64,000 nt of DNA, from positions 62,001-126,000 of the forward strand of contig JABANN010000020.1 of assembly GCA_013115125.1 (NCBI GenBank). The letters are read 5' to 3'. Source of the DNA: Perkinsus olseni. Lineage: Eukaryota. Positions within the stretch are counted from its first letter, which is position 1. Every line of letters starts with the position of its first letter. The position numbers were made by a program, and so were the translations under genes. The notes beneath the pieces are model-generated. The model was not told where the DNA came from and made no database searches. It worked only from the letters and a program-made list of their open reading frames with translations. Below, one piece after another: positions 40,801 through 50,653 of this stretch.

Positions 40801-43800
40801 GCAGCTCGCTGTCCATACGATCCTTCGCTCGCCTTGGTAGTGGAGCATCCCTCACAGCGGCCGCAGCCCTCGGCAGTTCTGCATCCGTCTTGGGCACAGC
40901 TCGTTTCGGGGGTGGTGTCTCCCTCTTGGACCTCGGCAACTTCGGCAGCTCCCTATCCCTGCGTAGCTTCGCCCGGCTGGGCAGCTCACTGTCACTCCGC
41001 TCTAGGGCAGAGATGGGCTCTTCACTATCTGCGTTATCCCATACCCGAGTTGGAGCCACTCTCAGTGCCCTGGATATGGTATCGTTGGGGAGCTCAATCT
41101 CTATGAGGGCCTTCGCTCGCATCGGAAGCTACGTCTCCGTGGTCTCCAGCGGTCAACTTGGCAGTAGCCTCTCAGCACTGTCGTGTGCCAGAGTTGGCGA
41201 TACTTTATCCGTCTTGGACTCTGCTGTGTTCGGTAGCAGCTTGTCCATCCGAGACTTCCTCAGACTTGGCTCGGCCCTTTCGGTTGTTTCCACAACCAAT
41301 CTGGCTTCGACGGTCTCGGCCCTCAGTACTACCCGCCTTGGCCAGTCGCTATCGGCAGTCGACTTCACCTCGTTGGGAAGCTCTCTGTCACTGCGAAGCT
41401 TCGCCCGGTTCGGCAGCGGAATGTCCGCTACTGGGTTGATCCGTTTGGGATCTGCATTCAAGCTCTCGGTCGTGGACTGCACTACTCTTGGGAGCTCTCT
41501 ATCCCTCCGATCCGCGGCTCGAATCGGCAGCGCGTTATCGGTCTTCTCACCACTCACAACCGGAAGCCAATTGTCAGCCTTAAGCTGCAGCCGATTGGGG
41601 AGCACACTGTCCACGGTAGATGCTGTGTGCCTCGGCAGCTCACTATCTCTGCGAAACTTCGCCCGGCTGAGCAGCTCAGCCTCCGTCGTTGGTCGCATCC
41701 ACAGCGGGGATGCATTCTCCTCTCTGAGTTACGCTAGGGTTGGCGGAGCGTTGTCGACCCTGGATGCGGTCAACTTCGGCAGTGCCCTGTCCATCAGGTC
41801 GTTCGTACGCGCTGGTAGCTCTATATCAGTAGCGTCAGCATCCAGCATGGGTAGCACACTGTCTGCGCTCGGTACCACCCGGCTCGGCGCCTCCATCAGC
41901 GCCCTCAGCCATACTTCCTTTGGATCCTCGCTTTCACTGCGCAGCTTTGCGAGGATCGGTAGCGGTGCATCTCTCGTTGGTACAGCGGCGATTGGATCGT
42001 CTGTATCGATCATTGCTCATGCTCGATTCGGAGAGAAGTTGTCAGTGCTAGACAGGGTAGCCTGTGGTAGCTCATTATCTCTGAGGAGTTTCGCTCGCCT
42101 CGGCAGCAGTCTGTCCTCGGCAGGAGGAGCCCTCCTTGGTGATACCTGCTCGGCTGTGAGCTTAGTCAGGCTAGGCGGGGCTGTCTCTACCATCGATATG
42201 GGCACTCTGGGGAGCTCCCTGTCGCTGCGAGGCTTCGCAAGGTTCGGGAGCAGCATCTCCGTCACCGGTCTAGCGCGGTTTGGATCCCTCGGTGAGACGT
42301 CCATAAGCGGAACTGCCAGCTTCGGCAGCAGCCTCTCTTCTCTCGGAACTGTGCGGTTCGGCTCCTCGTGCTCAGCCCTGGACTTTGTAGCACTCGGTTC
42401 TGCATTATCACTCCGTGCTTTCGCGCGGGTTGGCAGCGGAGTTTCCGTCCTTGGCCAGAGCAGGCTGAGCGGCGCTCTTACCATCCTTTCTCTGGGCAAT
42501 CTCGGCAGTTCCTGCTCGCTCAGGGCCTTTGCTAGGCTTGGCAGCGCTATTTCGGTCACTGGAGTCGCGAAGCTTTCCAGCACCTTATCCGTCGTGAGCA
42601 CTTCACGGTTATCGGGCTCAATTTCCGTACTAGACTGCACCACCTTGGGCAGTGGCTTGTCCTTGCGATCATTCGCTCGTTTGGGGAGCGCCGTTTCAGT
42701 GGCATCAGCGGCTAGAGTATCTGACGCGCTGTCGATCACGGCTACTGGCCGCTTCGGTAGCTCTCTCTCTGCTTTGGACGCAGCTCAGCTTGGCTCCTCC
42801 GTATCCATGCGCTCGTTCGCGCGGTTCGGCTCGGCCCTATCGGTCGTCAGCACCACCTGGGTGGGTTCAGCTCTATCTGTATGCGCTCATGGTCGCTTCG
42901 GCGAGAAACTCTCAGCTCTGGATGCAACTGCACTGGGTAGCAGCCTGTCACTCCGCAGTTTTGTGAGGCTCGGCAGTAGCCTATCGGTCATCTCACCCGT
43001 GAGAGTTGGTAGTACTTGCAGTGTACTATCCACGACTAGACTGGGCGCTGATCTGTCGGCATTGTCTCATAGCATGCTTGGCAGTTCTCTCTCTTTGCGA
43101 GCATTCGCTCGATTGGGTAGCGGGCTGAGTGTAGCCGGGCTGGCTCGTCTAGGCTCCCTCTATAAGCTCTCCGTGGCAAGCTCAGCTGAGCTCGGCAGTT
43201 CGCTGTCTTTGAGATCATTCTCGCGCCTTGGCAGTTCTCTATCGGTCAGCGGCGTCGTAAGAGCTGGTTCCAGTCTCTCAGCAATGGCTAATGTCAGATT
43301 TGGTACCTGGCTTTCCGTTCTTGACGCAACCTGTCTGGGGAGCTCACTCTCGTTGAGGGCCATCGTGCGCTTCGGGAGCGACGTCTCAGTCGCTGGTGGT
43401 ACGAGCATGGAGGGGTCGTTGTCAGCCCTCAGCTTTACCCGGCTTGGTGACACACTATCAACCATCGGAGCGGCTAACATTGGTAGTTCACTTTCCCTTC
43501 GCTCTATGATGAGGCTCGGTAGCGGCGTGTCCATTACCGGTCTGGCACGACTGGGCTCTGCTTACAAGCTATCTGTGGTGGATTCTACAATGATGGCAAG
43601 TTCCATCTCTTTGCGCTCGTTCGCGAGGTTTGGATCTTCGCTGTCTATCCTCGAAGCAGCCAAGATATCCTCGGCAGTCTCGGCCCTCGGCATCGGGCGC
43701 TTTGGTAGCCATGTGTCCGTGCTCGACTCGGTATCATTCGGCAGCGCTCTGTCTTTGAGAAGCTTCGCCAGACTTGGCAGCAGCTTGTCCATCCTTGGTG

Positions 43801-44903
43801 TGGCGCAAACAGGATCCGCACTGTCCACCCTAGGCGTTGCTCGTCTTGGAGCAACACTCTCTGCTCTGGACGCTGTATGCTTGGGTAGCTCAGTATCTCT
43901 GCGAGCTTTTGCCAGAGTTGGTAGTTCGGTATCCGTCGTTGGCCCGGCTTCCCTCGGGTCTGCACTGTCGGCTATAGGCTACGCTCGGCTGTCCGACACG
44001 CTGTCCGTCCTGGGCGCGTCCTCCTTCGGCAGCTCCCTATCCTTGCGGTCCTTTGCCCGCCTTGGTAGCTCAGTCTCGCTACTAGAGGCTTGTCGAATTG
44101 GCAAGACACTGTCAGTCGTGGACTCGATCACTTGTGGCAGCTCATTGTCCCTACGGAGCTTTGCTCGCCTGGGCAGCTTCGACCTCTACGCCGGGAGCGC
44201 ACGAGTCATTTCGGCTACATCAGATCAGACAGGCCACCTTCATGGTAAGTCTGATGAACCTTTCACGGCTCTCTCACACCGCTTTAGCCGTTGTTGGCAG
44301 CTCATGTGACATGCTTTCAGGTACGTGGCAAGTTGATGTTGCTCTGACAACTTCCGACCGTCGTTTGAAAGAGCGCATTATTCCATTGAAGCGATCACTG
44401 GCTTCAACGACGGCAGCAGCAGGACAAGTTGAGGACGAGAAGCAGATTGGCGAGTGGCTCCTTAGAGAGCTTAGGCCAGTTGCTTTCGACCTGAAGGATG
44501 ACAAAGATCACAGAACCCGATTCGGGTTCATCGCTCAGGTAAGAATGATGTATCTTTCATCTTTATGTACTCAGTGGATTCCTGTGGCTGCCTTAATTTC
44601 CTATAGGTAGTAAATCACAGTTCTCCTTCTCAGGACCTGGAGCATATCCTACCGGAGGTTGTCCACACACATTCTTCGGAACCAGAGTCCAGCGAGGATG
44701 ATCTCTCTGCCGGCCGATTGAAGTCGGTTCTTTACCAAGACTTAATTGCAGTTCTAACTGTGGCCCTGCAAGAACAGCAAGCCACAATACAGTCACTCAC
44801 GGCGAATCTAACAGCCCTCACGGATGAAGTCCGAGATCTGAGAGCACAGCTCGACGAGCGGATACGAGTGCTGGAAGAACATGCCGGTTTGACCGCTCGA
44901 TAA
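1832..44903 (+). CDS. Giant secreted beta-repeat fibre protein with C-terminal peptidase S74 / intramolecular chaperone autocleavage (ICA) domain, ~14,145 aa
   Basis: Manually spliced exons: 1832-1940, 1993-2083, 2132-2248, 2302-2443, 2496-2549, 2598-2714, 2763-2840, 2889-2997, 3051-3171, 3233-44244, 44321-44538, 44634-44903. All 11 introns are GT-AG and in phase, and the exons total 42,438 nt (14,146 codons including TAA). The 13,721-aa ORF in the track is the giant exon plus out-of-frame and intronic ends. Confidence 0.9.
3051..44177 (+). repeat. Coding tandem array of ~1,140 degenerate 12-aa (36-nt) units
   Basis: The translation shows recurring GSSLSLRSFARL, GSxxSVxGxARL and GSSLSVLDxxxL units. 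Synonymous codons vary between copies, Pro is rare, and there are no stops in the giant exon. Confidence 0.97.
44353..44903 (+). other. Peptidase S74 (endosialidase-chaperone / ICA) domain plus terminal coiled coil
   Basis: Spliced sequence TT-SDRRLKERI...LRELRPVAFDLK...RFGFIAQ|DLEHILPEVV...SVLYQDLIAVLTVALQEQQATIQSLTANLTALTDEVRDLRAQLDERIRVLEE. It matches the S74 motifs SDxxLK, GFIAQ and PEVV and the trailing helix. Ser at 44353, Lys at 44368. Confidence 0.9.
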
Positions 44904-46411
44904 CGCTGAGCTAGATTTATCTCGTGACACACCTTGAGGGTTTGACTTTACACGTGATTGATTTCTGTATTATTGCTTATGTGTATCTCGAGATAAATCG
45001 TTGTCGCTACATCTCATAATTGCGTGCCGTGTGCTGCACATCAGAGTGGAAGACTTACCTTCCACTGTGCAGTAGTGCGCTATTCCATGACCTGATGCTA
45101 CATTGCTCGTGTTGACCTATAGTTCGAACAGTACTCGTGTTCAAGTATGCTTCTGCCATCTGACTCTTGAGCGGAACCGACCATTCCCTCTCCGGTTACG
45201 GGTGGTGAGACTGGCTTCAAATCGACTCCGTCAGATGGGACAACACCTAGGTGGTCAGTGGCAGTACGCCGCACGAGTGCCCGACGCAGGAACAATTCAC
45301 ATGTCGCGTCTCCATACACTTATCAACACAAAACCATTCACGTCGTTGGCTCTCTTTATACACACCAAGGTGACAGGGATAGTTCATACCGAATGCTGGA
45401 CAACTCGCCACATGAAACAACACCTTATGAGTGTAAGAAGATAGGACATACCGATGCATTCTGTAGTACACAAGGAGGTTGTTGGCTCCTATACTGTCTA
45501 GATGATGAGTCGCCAGAAAAATGTCCTGGTAGATATATCTTCAGGGCCCGCGCAGTATTTGATAAGTGAAGAAGAGGCCGCAAGTGGCGAAAGGGTGCTA
45601 TAGTTATCCTCCGGGTAGCTTGATGAGGATCCAAGTCAGTGGTCGGTGCCACCGACTCGGTGGCCGTGTGATCACATCACCCGGGCAGACGGGCGCTGTG
45701 CCCGTGTGCGTCACACAGGTGACACTAGCAGAAACCTCACGTTAGCAAGCCAATCTACTTCCTCAGAGGGCCCTTAAAGCTTATTCATGCGGCTGGTGGT
45801 CTCGCTCTTCCGGGCCTCGGGTTAGCGGTGAGCTTCTAGGCTCAGGCCCGGGATACCGAGCGCGAGCCGGCCAGCCCAACACCCACTACCGTTGCATTAC
45901 TGCGATGAGCGGACGAGGAGGTGTGCGGGGTCGCATTCGTGGAGTGATTGGGTTTCCAACGGCACTTACTGATAACTCGCCATTCGGTCTTTCCCTGCGC
46001 AATGTCGAGAAAGGGTGTCAAGACCGCATCACTAGCTCGTGGGACTCCCACGGTGGGAGCCAACTCCAACACTCGCATTAACAACACGCCTTATCCTCAG
46101 GAGCATATCTTCTATCCGATATTGACGCACAAGTCAAAGTCTTGACTGAACTTTTGATATCTTTTGAAATATCTTGACTAATGCGAAAGAAGCAAATCTT
46201 TTGACAACGCGAACGAAATTCCCTTATGAAAGGCTTAGCCACAGTGCTTCCTCATGCCCGCAGAATATGATACCTGGTTGAGAAGTCGAACAAAAGTAAG
46301 ATACACGACTGATGAGATGAGCCGTGAAATTCATCAATGACCATTGGGGAGATGTGCGTCTCGGGTGGGACAAAGAGAGAAGTAGTCTAATATAGCTGCG
46401 CCTCTATCGCT

Positions 46412-48771
46412 TCAGCGCAATTGATTTCCAACAAAAGCGGTCAGCAGCTGCAGCAGTCCTTCCGGTGAGTCCACCGGAGCGCTGTGACTGGCCTTGAACA
46501 CCTGAGGGTACTTCAGTCTGTCACCCCGCGAGGTCGCCTTCATCTATGCTACAATCTCACCTGTACAAAGCTGAGTTGTCCACCTGTAACGCTATAAGTG
46601 AAAGTTCTGAGTTTTCCAACTGGCTGTCCGGTGGGAAGCTGAAAATTGCAGGAGAATAGAACCTCTCACGAACCTCTCTAGTCTTGCGCCGTAGACTCCC
46701 CGAAGCTGGGGAGGGCAACTCCAGAACTTCCTTGGGCTATGCAAGACCAACGTTCACCTCACATTGTACGGCACGTCCTTCGCTTTGTTGAAGCCTTCGC
46801 GTCCTCCCCACTGTAAGTTCATGGACCAGCCACGGTTGCCTAGCCAGTTGCCTATGTAGTCCTAGTCACCAGCGTAGATAAGAACCTGATCGCGCATCAG
46901 AAAAAGACGGCATACCAGTGGAAATGCGGTAAGGAGCTCTGCGTTGTGATAGAATACTGCTAGTAGCAGTATTCTATCCTAGTAGTACTAGGATTCTAGC
47001 TCAGTTGAAGCCATTCTCACTGAGCATCTCTAAGTTGAGATTGCAGTTCTCAATATAGTTCGATTCTCATACCAGGGCGAGAGCTGAGAATTACTGGAGC
47101 ACATGGCATACACTAGCAGCATGATAGCTCAGCTGCCCTTTGTGTAACGCGCCTTCCGGCACGGAGGCCAGTAGCATCCATAAGCTTCCCAAGAGAAGGG
47201 CCGAAATTTAGCATGTAGTCGCCAGCGAAGTCATTGTGGACCTGAATGACGCCTGTGCTGCATGATGTCATGCCTCTGATACGGGTCGTTGGCGAGCAAG
47301 GTGCCGTCGGTGGTGGTCTTACTCCTGTATTCAGGAAGATCCATGTTGCTTCGACTTGTAGATAATCCTGCACCTTCTCACTGTTAAAATACTTCTCATA
47401 CTGAGCGACCAGTTCACCAGACTGAAAATCCCTTCATTTGGCTACCTTCTTATATGTCCGACAAGCTGCAGGGGGTTTTGGGCAGGTTAGACGAAGATCG
47501 TATCTGAAAGCAGCTGTTCCCGGTCAGCACAGGTCCGCGGATGGCATGGAAGTTCCCGACTCAGCTGATGAAGGTTGACCTACAAGTCAATGCCCATCTG
47601 GACAAGGGGGGTGACGAAATCTGCCAGGCAGTTGTCTCGCGCCTGTTTGCAGATGACGGGGTTCCACGGCTTGTTGTTACAGGTTTTAATTTGCGATACG
47701 CATCCCTGAACCTGACTCAGCATCTTCTGATATCTGAGGAGGAAGCTTCAAGAGGATATCTTGACAGTGTTCTCACAACTCCTCTGAGATAACACTTGGG
47801 GCGGTCCCGCTATCGTAGGCCATCTGTGGCATGAATGGGAATCTGGTTGAGCAATCAAACAGGATGCATCTTGTCGAAACCACTGAACTTCAGGGACAAC
47901 AAGGCCATTCCCAATAGCGACGCCCTTGAGATTGATCTTCGACTTCTGAGCATACATTTCCTGTGCCATAGCCGGTATGTAATGACCTATGATGAGCGAA
48001 GACAAATGGCGGTTTGTGAAGGAGTCACCAACCACCATTACCTGCATATGACTGCCCCACGAGAAAGACCTCGGTGTTGTACTTGGGGTTCTCGCTGAAG
48101 AACTTCTCCAAAGCAACGAGACTGAAACCAGCGACGCGGAAGAGGCTAACTACGGTCGAGATGCGCTTCCTCTACGTGGACTTCGCTGCATCAATCGAGT
48201 TAGTCGGTGGAGTGCCCTCACTGAAGCCCACAAGAGCAGGTTGATCGATGTACATGACATTGGCGAAGCTGTTGAAGGAGTATCTAGAGGTCGAGGCAGG
48301 AGTGAAGACGCTTCGCTGAAGGCCCAGGGGAATTCAGCTGCTCACTTGTTGATGGTGGTGTCGGTACCAGCATCATTAAGAATGCAGGGCCCTCCGTTCC
48401 CAGAAGTCACCGAGTACATACTGCTAGCGCCGGGGCCTCCTTGGAAGAAGATTACCAGAGGGCTTTTGTCGGGAGCCTGACGAGACTCGAAGAGCCAGTA
48501 GAACAACCTGATACGGATGGTAACAACCCAGTGAGCTTCATCACTCACTCGGCATCGCCGATGCCCTTCAGGTGACCAAATAGTTGAGCTACTTGGTCAT
48601 CACACAAACCCCCGTTTCCTGCCAGGGAACGATTCCGTTGCTCTGAAAAGGTAAAACGGTAAACATTCTAGGCGTCTCTCAGCACCCGCCGCCCCCAGGC
48701 CCTCTCGAAGCCAGGTTCCTCGAGATAGACGCAGCCAATGTGGCAAGGATTAACTTCAGCAGGGAGACCAT
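46412..48771 (-). pseudogene. Serine carboxypeptidase (family S10), probably pseudogenised
   Basis: Spliced motifs: LFYWLFESR...FQGGPGASS, NVMYIDQPALVGFS, catalytic [35 protein letters not shown] and ASHSAPVDSP. Signal-like MVSLLKLILATLAAS starts at 48771. There is an in-frame TAG at 46862-46864, and two junctions lack an in-phase GT donor. Confidence 0.8.
46948..46994. repeat. Two overlapping perfect inverted repeats inside an enlarged intron
   Basis: GATAGAATACTGCTA-G-TAGCAGTATTCTATC (15-bp arms, 46948-46978) and ATCCTAGTA-G-TACTAGGAT (9-bp arms, 46976-46994). Confidence 0.85.
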
Positions 48772-50653
48772 TTTGCGCAGATAGGCAGAGGATTATGGTG
48801 GTGGTGAGCGGTAACGCCTGAATGCGGAGGGTGATATTTACTGGATAACTCTCCCCGCCGTGGGTACGGGACAATCAGTGTCCTTTCTAGCCGCGTAGAG
48901 ATCACCTTCTCCACAACGGCACTGGCAGCCTCTCAGCCCCAGAAGATACTCTCCACGACAGGAGGGTACTCTCGGGGAGACTTCTACTCAACACGACCAG
49001 TACCCTGCTGTGAGTTTCACTAGTAGTCCAGGATACGGTCCGTACGCTGCTTGATACATCAGTGAGACACTGTCCCGGGGACAATCCTAGACTCGTCCGC
49101 TAGGTTTGATCTTCTTGAACCTGGCCACGGTCAGTCTTCATCGTGCCTCGATTCGCCTCCGCATGGGATTTAACATCGGCCACGGTAGCGGTCAACGGCA
49201 TGTCAAGGCCACTGGCAGTCCAGCAACGGTCAGCTCGTCAACGGGCGACGGTCACCTCGTGGATATGCTCGCAACTAGCCTTAGCGTATGCGTGCGACTG
49301 TGTCGACCGCGTACCTAACAGTAGAAGAGTAGAATTCGAGAGAGGCAGTACTAAGGATACCCCTCTCCTTTGCCTCCAGCTTTATCACATGTCGAAATCA
49401 GGGTAGACTGATGTATACGACAGTACTCGAGAGTCTACACTTGAGGTCTCCGGTAACCATTATTCTACTGGAGACCAGAGGCCGTGTATCAGAGCCAGTA
49501 GACCAACACAGACACAACCGATTGGCAAGTGGCGCTGAAAGAGGGCTCACTTCTGTTGCTCTCACGAAGCAGCAGGTTATACAATGTAGCCGACTTTATA
49601 TCTCTAAAATCTCTCTCTAGCAAGTGAGGGACGCTCCAGCTTCAACACAGAACCACTCATATAGAAAAATACTCGGAAGTCGTGTTTCGAGATGGGTTGA
49701 GGTTCTCAACTTGACTCAAGTTACTTGAGAATTTCTCTTCTCAAACCAGGCAGCTCTTGGTAGGTCTAAGCATGAAAACTTGGCGGGTCCCCTCGCCGCC
49801 TCTGCTCATGTCCGCTGGATTTGATGAATCGATTCAACAAAAATTCGAAAGAAATTGATTGTGCCTGTACGCACGGCCCTCTCCTGTAGGTTGACTCATC
49901 ACGTGGCATCAGGAGGAGCTCAACGAGGGCTTTCCAACGATGCCTATGACACAACGTGACATAAATGCGAGGAACAAGTGGCACAGAACGCCTGTGATAG
50001 GTGAACCCTTGTATTGGGATGTTGCGCACTTCGTGTGCATGCGTGCTTTATCAGATCTATAGCTAATCGGCGCGGCTGGTGTAGTTGGTCGTCGTCCCAG
50101 CTCTTAGCGCCCTCTATCGTCACTCCTCTCACTAACCACTTAACCTAAGGCTCCTCGCGGTTGTGTTAACTGAATCTGAGCACTAGAGTCACCGCTAGTT
50201 ATACCCGATACGAACCCTACAACACCCTTCCTCTACATAATTCCTCTGTCTATCAGGCGACCACTGAATTGTTCTTTGGGACGGTTCTGAGTGATGATAT
50301 TGTCGGACGGGTAAGTGTTCAGAGCATTGCAAGAGGAAGTCCGTAGTAGCGCATTCTCTCGTCGACTTGCTGCGTCGCACAGCAGTTGTGTGTCCTGGAT
50401 TGCCGGCTCGACGTGTAAGTTTGGACGGCTAAGCACCCACCGCAGCAGCGGCCGAGAGTCCATCGTTATCGGTGTTGGCCTCTGGTGTAGTTCCACATGA
50501 TGATGAAGTCCCCTGATTTTCGAATTTGGTGCACCCTCGGGATCACTAGCCGAACACAACACGAAGTTACTCCGCAAAACGGTTTACAAAATGCACAGCA
50601 AGTTCGGAACGGTATCAGTGAATTGGATTCGCTCATCTCATCTTTACACGAAA

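Noticed and set aside
3218-43965. Many antisense ORFs up to ~370 aa (RELPSLAK-type repeats) and alternate-frame ORFs
   Set aside because: They are shadows of the Ser/Gly/Leu/Arg repeat codons, are broken by frequent stops and have no independent signal.
3233-44244. CRISPR array or non-coding satellite (36-nt period)
   Set aside because: There is no invariant repeat with unique spacers. Variation is largely synonymous and the reading frame is conserved.
45171-45569. Small Cys-containing ORF downstream of the giant gene
   Set aside because: No convincing start, splice structure or recognisable domain. It may be a decayed gene fragment.
48800-50600. Short ORFs between the carboxypeptidase and the Helitron-like ends
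   Set aside because: No recognisable motifs or consistent exon chain.
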